DNA from: a virus
Lineage: Duplodnaviria; Caudoviricetes
Direction: 5' to 3' (one strand)
IMG/VR virus record: IMGVR_UViG_3300032320_001173
Coordinates: 1-40,581 of that record
Length of the DNA stretch: 40,581 nt
Numbering within the stretch: the stretch's first letter is position 1; each line of letters opens with the position of its first letter. The notes beneath the pieces were generated by a model. It ran no database searches. It saw nothing but the letters and a program-made list of their open reading frames with translations, and had not been told where the DNA came from. The position numbers and the translations under genes were made by a program. This document shows, in pieces, positions 28,139 through 37,255 of the stretch.

Positions 28139-28301
28139 AGTTTTCCTCCATTGTAAAGTTTTAAGATTTCATAGTAGTCATTGCTGGAAATTCAATAGGT
28201 TATTCAGTATCGAAACTTTGTTCTATACCACCTTCATATTGATTTAATCAAGCAATTGCCTGTTCTTTGGTTTTAAAACCACTTATTGTAATTGTTATCA
28301 T
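28135..28301 (-). pseudogene. Decayed small ORF
   Basis: ATG 28301 (ATGA overlap) reads MITITISGFKTKEQAIA*LNQYEGGIEQSFDTE*PIEFPAMTTMKS*, with TGA at 28248-28250 and TAA at 28200-28202. Fills a gap in a packed operon. Confidence 0.55.
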
Positions 28302-28723
28302 ATCAAATTATTTTCTTTAATGTAATCAAAAGCAGCCGAATAAGCTTCTTGTGGTGAATTATACCACATAGGAAGGTAATATTTGAAAGAAGTAACTTTA
28401 TGATTATCATCAATCACAGGGTAAAAGTTAACTGGTTCCAATCCTCTTTCTAAGAAAACCCAAATACCGTGATTAACTCTTAACCATTCAACTATTTGCC
28501 ATTGTTCGGGTGCTGAAGAAAATCCATCAAAAGGTTTTATTCCTATAACATCAGCATTCCAATTTACACACCTATAATCTCCCCAATATTCATGGTCAAA
28601 TCCTTCATGCAGCTCTTTATCTCTTTCAAGATAATAGTTTTTACATTTTACATCAAATCCTTTGTCTTTTAACCACTGAGATTGTTCAAAAGTGACATAG
28701 GTTGGTTTAATTTCTTGGTTCAT
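28298..28723 (-). CDS. Hypothetical protein (YVTFE...LKDKGFD...SAP...EWLR type)
   Basis: ORF; resembles 24147-24488. Confidence 0.7.
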   Translation of the reverse strand: MNQEIKPTYVTFEQSQWLKDKGFDVKCKNYYLERDKELHEGFDHEYWGDYRCVNWNADVIGIKPFDGFSSAPEQWQIVEWLRVNHGIWVFLERGLEPVNFYPVIDDNHKVTSFKYYLPMWYNSPQEAYSAAFDYIKENNLI

Positions 28724-28732
28724 TGTTAATTT

Positions 28733-28957
28733 CTATTTTAATTTGATTTCGTGTGTTACATGTAATTTGCGTATCTGCATGCATTTATTAAAATTTGCAA
28801 AACTGCTAACTGTTAAGCCTAACATTATACACATAGCTAGTACCATTAAAAATAAACCTGATTCAGATTTAGGGCTATCTTGAAATGAAGCTATAAATAA
28901 ACCTGCTATAAACAGTAAAACTACAACAGCTATAAAAATAATCTGTGTTGCCGTCAT
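28733..28957 (-). CDS. Small membrane protein (2 predicted TM helices)
   Basis: Two hydrophobic segments. Confidence 0.6.
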   Translation of the reverse strand: MTATQIIFIAVVVLLFIAGLFIASFQDSPKSESGLFLMVLAMCIMLGLTVSSFANFNKCMQIRKLHVTHEIKLK

Positions 28958-28958
28958 A

Positions 28959-29261
28959 TTAACTAACAGTTTTAATTAGGTAGTCTAAAAATTTAATACG
29001 CTCTTGAAGACCTCTTGCATCTTCTTCCCACCAGTACGCTCTATTATCTCTATAGTATTTGCTAAAGTAAAATCTCCAAGTTCTAGGTTTATATAAACTA
29101 GGCTTATTTTTATAAAAACACTTTTTAATTTCTAGAAATTCATCGTATTTTTCAGTAGCCATCATTAAAGCTGTGCAAATACCTATGTAAGAGCTTCTTG
29201 ACGCTAAATTAAATTTAGCTTGTGTATAAAGTTCTTTTTGACGTTGTTTAGAGAGTGTCAT
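28959..29261 (-). CDS. Hypothetical protein
   Basis: GICTAL...AYWW......RIKFL. Confidence 0.65.
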   Translation of the reverse strand: MTLSKQRQKELYTQAKFNLASRSSYIGICTALMMATEKYDEFLEIKKCFYKNKPSLYKPRTWRFYFSKYYRDNRAYWWEEDARGLQERIKFLDYLIKTVS

Positions 29262-29595
29262 TGTGTTTCTTGTTATAGTTTAGTAAAAAATTGTGGATAT
29301 GCTTAATTACTACATCTTTAGAAGTAGTTATTGTGCAAAATAGAATAGGAGGTGTGTTGTTGACAATAATGTCAAATCGCTCATCAGTAGATTCGTATTT
29401 ATAAACTTGAGCTATCTTTTCAATTACCAACATAATTTGATTCCAGTCGGTATCAAAGGCAAAGTCTTTGATAGAAAACATACTTAGTTTGTGCGACTCA
29501 TGTGTGTACCACATACCTTCCATACCTGCTACAGGTTTGTAGCCTAAAAATTCGAGACAGAGTTTGTTAAACTCTTTTTTATTTGGATGTTTCAT
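29248..29595 (-). CDS. Hypothetical protein
   Basis: NKL..EFLG...F.TDWN.IM.VIEKI. Confidence 0.65.
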   Translation of the reverse strand: MKHPNKKEFNKLCLEFLGYKPVAGMEGMWYTHESHKLSMFSIKDFAFDTDWNQIMLVIEKIAQVYKYESTDERFDIIVNNTPPILFCTITTSKDVVIKHIHNFLLNYNKKHNDTL

Positions 29596-29743
29596 CTTTT
29601 TTAATTGACGCTAAAAATTTTTGTTCTTGTTGCATAAGAGGTTCTTTAGCAGCGGCTAACCAAAGTAAAAACTTTGTGTGGTCAGCAGTTTTAACAGCTT
29701 TTTCAAACTCTCTATAAATCTGTTTTAGAGGTGTTTCTTTCAT
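29579..29743 (-). CDS. Small hypothetical protein (54 aa, absent from the ORF track)
   Basis: MKETPLKQIYREFEKAVKTADHTKFLLWLAAAKEPLMQQEQKFLASIKKDETSK*; bridges the gap between neighbours. Confidence 0.6.
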   Translation of the reverse strand: MKETPLKQIYREFEKAVKTADHTKFLLWLAAAKEPLMQQEQKFLASIKKDETSK

Positions 29744-30011
29744 TTTTGAATTGTATTACTACTTTGTTGTTTTTTAGAGCTGGTACTTCTACCCAGTCAC
29801 GTTTTTTAATGTCAAATGTAATGGTAGATTTAATATCACAGACTCTAGTTCGTAGTAGCCTATTAATTACATTATTAGACAGTTCATCAATACTAAATAT
29901 ACCGTTATCTAGTTCTACAGATAATTCGACATGTGAGTAAGTATAAGAGTCTGTATGTAACAAGAACACTTTTTCGTCGGAATCGCCGACATTTTCAATA
30001 ACTGCTTTCAT
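29712..30011 (-). CDS. Hypothetical protein
   Basis: First ORF after the rIIB terminator. Confidence 0.6.
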   Translation of the reverse strand: MKAVIENVGDSDEKVFLLHTDSYTYSHVELSVELDNGIFSIDELSNNVINRLLRTRVCDIKSTITFDIKKRDWVEVPALKNNKVVIQFKNERNTSKTDL

Positions 30012-30020
30012 AGAATAAAA

Positions 30021-30044
30021 TAAAGGGGGATTTCTCCCCCTTTA
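30021..30044 (-). terminator. Intrinsic terminator after rIIB-like gene
   Basis: Minus strand TAAAGGGGGA-GAAA-TCCCCCTTTA then TTTT. Confidence 0.85.
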
Positions 30045-30045
30045 A

Positions 30046-31251
30046 TTAGTTAATCCGCTTTAATGTTACTTTTTTGATTTCATCAATAATGTTGTAGACA
30101 GTATTGGCATTGAATTCTCTTGGAATAATAAAGTCTTCCTTGAGACTTTCAAACCTAGTAGTCTGAATCAGGGCATCTATGTAGTCTGTAGTGTAATTTA
30201 AGTAGTCTTCATCAAATACTTCTACAGTATTCTCAGCATCTGCCGTAAAGTTGTCTACGTCACTTTCAGAAATTACTGCGATGGGGTACAAGGCGGCAGT
30301 TCTGAATTTTACGTAGCCGTCTTCTGGTACAGATACAGCATCCATAGGATTAGACAGACACACTAAAATAGTATTACCTAACCATTGGTTCTCTTTAACA
30401 TATTCAGGCGTACCTAAGTGAAGACCTGATGAACAATGCCTAGTTGAATCATGGTCACAAACGTGTCTGCTAAGTCTGGTTTCTTTAAGTATATGATACT
30501 CAACACGACCGTATTTTTCTACACCGTCTATAGTAAAGAACTCGTTAGCTTGATGATTAGCATAATAGTGAGTAGATTCTTCTTCTTTACGGTCATGCAA
30601 CTGAGCATACTGAACATCTAGATTAGTTACATCATCCTCAATTACAGAGCGCATAACATAGTCACCATCCTCGTTTTCTACTACTACATAATGACGAGCA
30701 GCTTTCTTCCTGCGCTTTACAGTAAAGTAGGAGTTTGTTACAGCTTCTACGTACTCGTCTTTAAACGCGTTTACTACAGATGCTTTGTGTACACGACGTA
30801 AAGAAACAATGAGACCTTGTTTAGTAATAATGAACCCATTATTAGTAAGATACTCAAATAGCCCTTCACGTACGCGTGGTTCTGGACACAGAGCCAAATT
30901 GCGCCAGAAATTACAAAGTGCTGATAACTCATCTAAAGTTTCTGCTGCTGCCATATGTCTACACAGAAATTCTGGTATAGCTAATGGTATTCCTTTATAC
31001 TGAATACGTGAATTAACATACTCAAGTAATGGGTGGTTCCACTCTTCTAACTTGGCAATAAACTCATTGTAGTTTACGTAATCAGAACCTTTGGATTTAC
31101 CAATGAACAAATTTTTAATTTGCTCTTTACTAAGGGTTTTTAGGTCTTGTCTGCTTGCAGTTTCGGCTGTAATTTGACCTGAAATTACTTCACCGTCGAC
31201 TACACATGTGAGTGTAAAGTCGTTACCGCTTTTGATTATGGTTGTTTTCAT
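30046..31251 (-). CDS. rIIB: rIIB-like protein
   Basis: NFW.NL..CP..RV..GLFEYL....F.IT..G.IV; CD.D...HCSSGLH; NP.D.VSVP.D; adjacent to rIIA. Confidence 0.85.
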   Translation of the reverse strand: MKTTIIKSGNDFTLTCVVDGEVISGQITAETASRQDLKTLSKEQIKNLFIGKSKGSDYVNYNEFIAKLEEWNHPLLEYVNSRIQYKGIPLAIPEFLCRHMAAAETLDELSALCNFWRNLALCPEPRVREGLFEYLTNNGFIITKQGLIVSLRRVHKASVVNAFKDEYVEAVTNSYFTVKRRKKAARHYVVVENEDGDYVMRSVIEDDVTNLDVQYAQLHDRKEEESTHYYANHQANEFFTIDGVEKYGRVEYHILKETRLSRHVCDHDSTRHCSSGLHLGTPEYVKENQWLGNTILVCLSNPMDAVSVPEDGYVKFRTAALYPIAVISESDVDNFTADAENTVEVFDEDYLNYTTDYIDALIQTTRFESLKEDFIIPREFNANTVYNIIDEIKKVTLKRIN

Positions 31252-33581
31252 TAGAAAGGGACTTCTTGTTTAACTTCTGTTGCTGATTGTGATTGTATAA
31301 AATTAAGGATTGAATTACCTTCAACACTAGCTAGTTCAACTACTTTGTCTATTATTTCGGGGCTAAGATTATAATTAGCACTTATTGGACCTATTACGGA
31401 GCTAGAAAACTCTACAACTACACTGTATAAATCTTTATCTATTTTTTCAAAATCGGTTCTTTCGGACCAACCTAGCGTATTATAGTCTTTTACTAGTTTT
31501 TGCAGCGAAAGTACAACTTTTTCATTAGCCAACCAATAAGGATAAGCTACTTTAAAGTGTATAGCTAAGGCCCTTATACCAATCAATTTATGATAAAGGT
31601 CTAAGTTACTTGACAATATTGGTTTAGCTACATTAGAAAACTTAATGTAGCTATCTATGAGCTTTATATTTTCAGATACGTCTATTGCATGGTCCTGTTC
31701 GTAAATTTCAAGTAACTCGTCTGTAAAATCGTTTACAGGTATCTTTAAACCATTAGTTTCAGAATAGTACTTAAAAAGATTAGTTAATACCTCACTTCTA
31801 ACTAGTCCTATTTTAACAAATCTAGGGCTAAGTTCTGGATAGACTTTACTTAGTTTATAGAGTCTAAGTAAATCGTGCATTTTTGATTTTTTTGTTAATT
31901 CTTCCATTGTTGTGTATTTGATACCTGCATCTAAAACATCTCTCTTTGAACCTTTAACTGTCAATACGTTAGGCGCTACAAACTTTAAGTAGTCCTCGTT
32001 TTTAACAGCAACATTGCGCAGAATCAGATTAGTTTTAATTGCATCTATTGTACTTACATTTTTAAAGTAACTAGACTTTCCTTCGCAACTTCTGAAAGAC
32101 AGCTGTTTAATAGCTGGTATAGTTTTTTGTTTGTACTCGTTTATGTGTTTTACATTATAAATACTTTTTAGTTTAAATTGTAGTTCAATAAAAGACTGTA
32201 ATACGACTCTTATTTTTGCTGGGTTAGTTAAAGAACGTTGACCTACATACATATCCTTAATTAACGAAGAGTATTCACGGTCGAATTTTTTATGTAGCAC
32301 TAAAACCTTGTTTATACCGTTTAATCTGAGTGTGTCAATTGTTTTCTTTGTCAAAGGTTCGCTACTAAATTTATAAGCAAGTTGTTTAAGTTCTCCCGGA
32401 CTTGACGGCATGTTGTACACCTTATGTTTACCCAGTTTTGTAGATGCTAATGGGTAAATATTGCCCCCTATAGATTCAAGCAGTGCAGTTAGCGAGTAAC
32501 GAGTGTTAATTATTATATTACCATCTCCGTAATAAAAATCTCTCCGTAGCTGTAATGACTGTAAATCTACTTTAATTCGTACACCGTTAATTTCAATGTA
32601 TGTTAATGCTGAACCGAGTTGATATAGATTAGTTATAGTTAAATCATTAAATATATTAATCTCCATACAATTGTAGATTACAGACACTTCTGATATAAAG
32701 CTTTGAATTTTATCTAGAATTTTGGCAATCGTTTCATCAGTGTACTTAATTTCCTCCCTAGATCTAGTAACAGTTAACTCCCCATTATCAAATAGCAACG
32801 CGCAATTCATACCAATAGGTCTACTAAAATGTGGCTTTAATATACTCCAGTTAATTGGATAATACACACCGCCTAGACATATGTGGAGTTCATCGTACTC
32901 TGCTTTGGTACAATGTACAAACGTAGAACCGTATACTAATTTATAGTCGTTATCGAAAATGACTCTGTGCGTAAGTTCATTTATTACGTAGATGTTTTTA
33001 AAGTACATCAACGTATTCTTTATCTTACTAGCTACTTTATCTATGTCATCTTTCTTAATGTAGATTTTTACGGTTGTACCGTTAGGTAAATTTACTTGTT
33101 TAGTAGCTAAATCGACCATGTTAGGTACACCATCGTTAAGATACAATTGATAAGTAGTTTCTACACCGTCATAAATAGTGGTTAAATAAAACGTGTTGGT
33201 GTAGCTAAAAATAGAAAATCTACCTAAACCGAATGCACCTATTTGGTCATTACTTTCTCTTTTAGTAGACTTAAACAGTTTTCGATAGACAGATTCAATA
33301 CGTTCAGGTGATAGACCAACGCCAAAATCCTGAATTGATAAATAAGGTCCACCGAGGTCAGTGCCGAGTTTAACAATTACAGGGTCGTCTTTACCAGCTT
33401 CTATAGTAGCATCTACAGCATTACTGACAATTTCTCGTATCATTGATGATATAGGGTCTGAATACAGACCTTCAGAAATAGTCGAGAATACTATAGATAA
33501 ATCTGACTTGTCTATTTCAAATCCTGACGAATCGAAGTCAGACTGAAGAACTGCTTGTTCATCTTGTTTTTGGATAATCAT
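31251..33581 (-). CDS. rIIA: rIIA-like protein with GHKL (Hsp90-like) ATPase
   Basis: LYSDP...IREIVSNAVDA, DFGVGLS, STK..SNDQIGAFGLG, NGT.V, SREE. Confidence 0.88.
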   Translation of the reverse strand: MIIQKQDEQAVLQSDFDSSGFEIDKSDLSIVFSTISEGLYSDPISSMIREIVSNAVDATIEAGKDDPVIVKLGTDLGGPYLSIQDFGVGLSPERIESVYRKLFKSTKRESNDQIGAFGLGRFSIFSYTNTFYLTTIYDGVETTYQLYLNDGVPNMVDLATKQVNLPNGTTVKIYIKKDDIDKVASKIKNTLMYFKNIYVINELTHRVIFDNDYKLVYGSTFVHCTKAEYDELHICLGGVYYPINWSILKPHFSRPIGMNCALLFDNGELTVTRSREEIKYTDETIAKILDKIQSFISEVSVIYNCMEINIFNDLTITNLYQLGSALTYIEINGVRIKVDLQSLQLRRDFYYGDGNIIINTRYSLTALLESIGGNIYPLASTKLGKHKVYNMPSSPGELKQLAYKFSSEPLTKKTIDTLRLNGINKVLVLHKKFDREYSSLIKDMYVGQRSLTNPAKIRVVLQSFIELQFKLKSIYNVKHINEYKQKTIPAIKQLSFRSCEGKSSYFKNVSTIDAIKTNLILRNVAVKNEDYLKFVAPNVLTVKGSKRDVLDAGIKYTTMEELTKKSKMHDLLRLYKLSKVYPELSPRFVKIGLVRSEVLTNLFKYYSETNGLKIPVNDFTDELLEIYEQDHAIDVSENIKLIDSYIKFSNVAKPILSSNLDLYHKLIGIRALAIHFKVAYPYWLANEKVVLSLQKLVKDYNTLGWSERTDFEKIDKDLYSVVVEFSSSVIGPISANYNLSPEIIDKVVELASVEGNSILNFIQSQSATEVKQEVPF

Positions 33582-33787
33582 TATCGTTCTTTTAAAAATT
33601 GAATTATTTGTGGTTTAGTCATTAATTGGTCGTCTTTATACCAAGATGATAGCAAATCATTAACTTGATAGCTAACATCTTTCTCTGTAACTTTATATGC
33701 AGTTACTTCTAAAGACATGAATGTGCGTGTTTTATCTTCTGTTATAATAGGAAGATATGCGATGCCGTTTATTTTGAATCGAAGCAT
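33581..33787 (-). CDS. Hypothetical protein
   Basis: Short ORF between primase and rIIA. Confidence 0.55.
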   Translation of the reverse strand: MLRFKINGIAYLPIITEDKTRTFMSLEVTAYKVTEKDVSYQVNDLLSSWYKDDQLMTKPQIIQFLKER

Positions 33788-34752
33788 TTTGAGGTTATTA
33801 GCGTATGAAGTTCTTGTAAAGAGTAGGTCTTTACAAAATCGAATGGGTCTTTAGGTAGTCCTTTTGGTATGTTAAAGTACTTTAAACCATAGTGCTCTGT
33901 AAGTTTTATACTGTTTTTTACACCTTCAGAATCATTGTCAAAGAATACGTAAATGTTTTTATAGTCTCTTTTAAGCTGCTCCATAATATTCTCCGGTACA
34001 AAAACAGTTTCAGATTTAACAGATACAGCGTCATAACCAATTTCAAATAAAGTCATTATGTCTTTTCTAGACTTGGTTATAAACAATGTTTCCGACCTGT
34101 ATTTCAAGTCGTTTAAACCCTCGACACTTACAGAGTAATTACTCCTGAATTTATTGGCTTTATCTTTAGCAAATGGTCTGTATACTTTAATTTCTTTACC
34201 TTCTCTATATCTGTATATAGGGTCTTGTTCTGAATACGTATGCCACAAAGCTTGATTAATCCAACATCTTGACACAGGGGATACATTGAAGAGTTTTAAA
34301 GTTTCTTCTGTTATACCACCCTGCAAGAAAAACATTGAATCAAATGTGCTAAATGGTTTTAGCGTTACAAATATTTCAGTCACGTAGTTTTTATGAGTTA
34401 TTGTGGGTGTTACATCGTATTGTACTACTTGTATATTTGTCTGATACCCACCCATAGTATTAGGACCAAATATACCGAGCCTGAAATCACGGTCTATTAT
34501 TCTTAACGCAGCATTTAAATTGCATTTATTTGTTAATGCGCATATAGAAAAACAGTCTTTATGACGGTCGCTAACACCGAAATCTTTGAAAAGTAGAACG
34601 CCGTTAACATACGAAAATGTACATGTAGGTGTTTTATCTTCTCTGTAAGGAGAACAGTACTTCTTACCTAACTTAATAGGTTCAGGAAAATACCTTTGCA
34701 TTATCTCTTCTTGAGATACTTTACTAAGTACCTCGCTGAATTTATCCATCAT
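33769..34752 (-). CDS. DNA primase (crAss-type, TOPRIM)
   Basis: SPYREDKTP N-terminal motif, FKDFG, ITKSRKD, FFDND..G, KDP.D; next to the helicase. Confidence 0.85.
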   Translation of the reverse strand: MMDKFSEVLSKVSQEEIMQRYFPEPIKLGKKYCSPYREDKTPTCTFSYVNGVLLFKDFGVSDRHKDCFSICALTNKCNLNAALRIIDRDFRLGIFGPNTMGGYQTNIQVVQYDVTPTITHKNYVTEIFVTLKPFSTFDSMFFLQGGITEETLKLFNVSPVSRCWINQALWHTYSEQDPIYRYREGKEIKVYRPFAKDKANKFRSNYSVSVEGLNDLKYRSETLFITKSRKDIMTLFEIGYDAVSVKSETVFVPENIMEQLKRDYKNIYVFFDNDSEGVKNSIKLTEHYGLKYFNIPKGLPKDPFDFVKTYSLQELHTLITSKCFDSK

Positions 34753-35654
34753 TCTTCGAAAATTGTCATTGTTTTACCATCAATTCTTGATTTAATAATT
34801 ACTGTTTCACCATTACGAACTTTAATGCAGTGATTAAAAAGCGTATCTTTAGTTACGGGTATCTTATCTGGTCCATACTGAGTTTGATTTAGTAAGTAAG
34901 GTCTGTGGTTAATAATGACATTATCACAAGCGTGATATAAGGCTTCTACATAATACAAATCAGAGCGCGTTGGGTAATTCAAGATGCTTGGTTTACGCAT
35001 ACGTTCTTCTGACTCGATATTACGATTAAGTTGATTAAGCAGCACAAAGTGTGCAGGGTAGATTTTCTTGTCTTCGATAAGCCAATCCGCTATATCAGCA
35101 ACCATGTCATTAGTATTTTGACCTGATCCTTTTCTAGTTAAAAGAGTGTGGTCAATTATACAGACAAATGGTTTGTTTACCTGCTTGTAAAACAACTCTA
35201 CAGTCTTTTTCATTGCAGATACAGTAGCTGGTGTTTCTGAATAGTAGATTGGATAATCGTGAAGACTTTCTAAGTACTTTTTAGCTTCGTCCATGTCTTG
35301 TGAAGATAGCGGTATTTCTACAGAGAGCAAATCAGATATAGACCGTTTAGATTTCGATGATAGTTTACGTAATAGTAACATACGTGCCATCATCTCGAAA
35401 TTAAACGACAATATAGCGAAATCTTGGTCTTTATTAAGCTCGCACAAGTCAGACTCTAATTGCGACGCAAATAGAGTTTTGCCCGAACCTGACATACCGC
35501 CTACCATAGTTACCTCATGCCAATTTAAACCGCCTAATAATGTTCGGTTAAGTTTAGGCCATCTGGTTTTAAGTGGTCGTTCTTGACCACTTTGTCTGTC
35601 AATGATGAATTTTAACGCTTCATCAGCTGCTATTTTTATTGGTTTGAATATCAT
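34749..35654 (-). CDS. DnaB-like replicative helicase (ATPase domain)
   Basis: Walker A GMSGSGKT, FNFEM, Walker B IIDH, NQLNR, K.RNG. Confidence 0.9.
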   Translation of the reverse strand: MIFKPIKIAADEALKFIIDRQSGQERPLKTRWPKLNRTLLGGLNWHEVTMVGGMSGSGKTLFASQLESDLCELNKDQDFAILSFNFEMMARMLLLRKLSSKSKRSISDLLSVEIPLSSQDMDEAKKYLESLHDYPIYYSETPATVSAMKKTVELFYKQVNKPFVCIIDHTLLTRKGSGQNTNDMVADIADWLIEDKKIYPAHFVLLNQLNRNIESEERMRKPSILNYPTRSDLYYVEALYHACDNVIINHRPYLLNQTQYGPDKIPVTKDTLFNHCIKVRNGETVIIKSRIDGKTMTIFEE

Positions 35655-35673
35655 AAAGATTGTTAAAAATAAA

Positions 35674-35709
35674 AAACCCGCAGCACACTTTTCAGTATAC
35701 TACGGGTTT
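35674..35709 (-). terminator. Intrinsic terminator upstream of the helicase
   Basis: Minus strand AAACCCGTAGTATAC-TGAAAA-GTGTGCTGCGGGTTT (3 G-U pairs) then TTTATTTTT. Confidence 0.8.
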
Positions 35710-35726
35710 CTGTAGTACAACATAAT

Positions 35727-35969
35727 TTAAGCTTCTACTAAGTGATGCTTGTAAATTTTGTCATACATTAAATCTTTTTCGTAATTGTAAATTTGAATAT
35801 AAACATTGGATTCAATGTCTGGTCCTTCGATTAACGCAGGTATTCTACTAGTTCTATGAAAATACTTGGTTAAAAAGTTTTCAAAGAATCTATCAGTAAC
35901 TATTACTTGCTCTTCTGTTACACAAGAATGTAAACTTTTGATGACTTTTTTAAAATCTTCTTGAATCAT
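35727..35969 (-). CDS. Hypothetical protein
   Basis: ATG 35969 via ATGA overlap; KKVI.S..SC.T.EQ. Confidence 0.6.
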   Translation of the reverse strand: MIQEDFKKVIKSLHSCVTEEQVIVTDRFFENFLTKYFHRTSRIPALIEGPDIESNVYIQIYNYEKDLMYDKIYKHHLVEA

Positions 35970-36493
35970 AGTTTCTTCAATGTCTCTGAATACTTTTGCT
36001 GATTTACTACGTCGGTACAGTAAATTTCGTCTAAGAAAGCATAATACTGACTTTCTGTAGTAATAGTTCTTGTGTATGAAGCTTGCCATAATGCGTAATC
36101 TAATACACTCTCTTTCCAAGAATTGTACGCTGCAAAACCCAAATGACTACCTTTATGAGTTGTAGGACGACTAGTAGATATACGCATGCCAAAAAGATTA
36201 TTGTTTTGCTTGTATATGTTACTTTTAAAGCCATTTGATTCGAGTAATGCTTGCTTGAGTACAATATTAGGAAATTTTACGTTACACTGCTTCAAATACT
36301 CAAGTAATTTGTCTTTTGTTAAGTCTTCTGACGATTCGTTAACTATTACGACAGGTATTTTTTCCGTTTCAATAACTCTTACACTTGTGTACGATAAACC
36401 AACAATAACAAAAAGCAAAATAGCTAATAGTTTGAAATAGAATTTAATGGTTAGTTTTTCGTACGTTAATGTTATGCTGTTAAATCTGTACAT
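35966..36493 (-). CDS. GH73-like glucosaminidase/muramidase with N-terminal TM anchor
   Basis: QALLES...NNLFGM...Y.SWKESV.DY; hydrophobic LLAILLFVIVGL. Confidence 0.85.
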   Translation of the reverse strand: MYRFNSITLTYEKLTIKFYFKLLAILLFVIVGLSYTSVRVIETEKIPVVIVNESSEDLTKDKLLEYLKQCNVKFPNIVLKQALLESNGFKSNIYKQNNNLFGMRISTSRPTTHKGSHLGFAAYNSWKESVLDYALWQASYTRTITTESQYYAFLDEIYCTDVVNQQKYSETLKKL

Positions 36494-36503
36494 AGTTTAA
36501 AGA

Positions 36504-36983
36504 TTATTGTGTGTATCCGGCTCTCATAAATTGTAGAGCAGCTGCGCTGTTAGCCATGTTAAATTCATAAATGTCGACATCTTCACATTTAGTGTCGTAA
36601 ATACGAATTTTACATTTTGTAGCTGTTTTGAATATGTTGTCACCAATAGCGTCATTAACGTTGTCACCTATAGTGATAATTTTAAATGTTCCTGTACCAC
36701 TAGACTCTACAACTTGAAAAAACTCGTACTTAACCCATTCATTATTTACTAGGAACACTACATCAAACTTTACAGACTCTGAGCACAGTGCATAAACAGC
36801 TACATAAATCATTGTTGAACTACCTTCAACATTTTGCAGCTTAAGAATAGCTTTACTTGTAGGGTCAGTACAGTAGGCTATACGATACTTGGGGTCAAAA
36901 CCATTATCAATAGTTTTGTACGTCCATTGTGCGCTTACATTAATAGTAAGCAGCATAGCGATTAGAAAGAATAATTTCTTCAT
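36504..36983 (-). CDS. Secreted/periplasmic protein with Bacteroidota-type signal peptide
   Basis: MKKLFFLIAMLLTINVSA|QW: SPI signal with Gln at +1. Confidence 0.75.
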   Translation of the reverse strand: MKKLFFLIAMLLTINVSAQWTYKTIDNGFDPKYRIAYCTDPTSKAILKLQNVEGSSTMIYVAVYALCSESVKFDVVFLVNNEWVKYEFFQVVESSGTGTFKIITIGDNVNDAIGDNIFKTATKCKIRIYDTKCEDVDIYEFNMANSAAALQFMRAGYTQ

Positions 36984-37015
36984 TTTATTGTTTTGATTGA
37001 TTAGTTTAAAAATTG

Positions 37016-37043
37016 AAAAAAAGGGGCGGTTGCCGCCGCCCCT
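37016..37043 (-). terminator. Intrinsic terminator
   Basis: Minus strand GGGGCGG-CGGCAA-CCGCCCC followed by a T run. Confidence 0.85.
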
Positions 37044-37056
37044 AACGCAAACTTAT

Positions 37057-37148
37057 GCGAAAACCTGTCTTTGTTTCATGCGCCCAAACTACTTACCCTA
37101 ACATCAAGCGATTGCAGAATCTCTCTGCACATCATACGACAGTTTTCG
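37057..37148 (-). ncRNA. Putative structured RNA domain 3' of tRNA-like element 1
   Basis: Closing stem CGAAAACTGTC/GACAGGTTTTCG; inner TGCAGA-GAGAT-TCTGCA hairpin. Confidence 0.45.
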
Positions 37149-37243
37149 TGGTTTGAAAAGGATTCGAACCTATATTCTCCTACCTAAATACCCACCACAG
37201 TTATTTTAATCGGTAACAGCGACTACCATTGTCTTATCAAACC
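37149..37243 (-). tRNA. tRNA-like element 1 (non-canonical; no assignable anticodon)
   Basis: Acceptor GGTTTGA/TCAAACC-A; D arm GAC-AATGGTA-GTC; T arm ATAGG-TTCGAAT-CCTTT; 10-nt anticodon loop and long variable region. Confidence 0.65.
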
Positions 37244-37255
37244 GAATAGTAAAGC

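Noticed and set aside
23280-30011. CRISPR array or DGR template/variable repeat pair
   Set aside because: Repeats are short, coding and irregularly spaced; no reverse transcriptase and no long repeat pair differing only at adenines.
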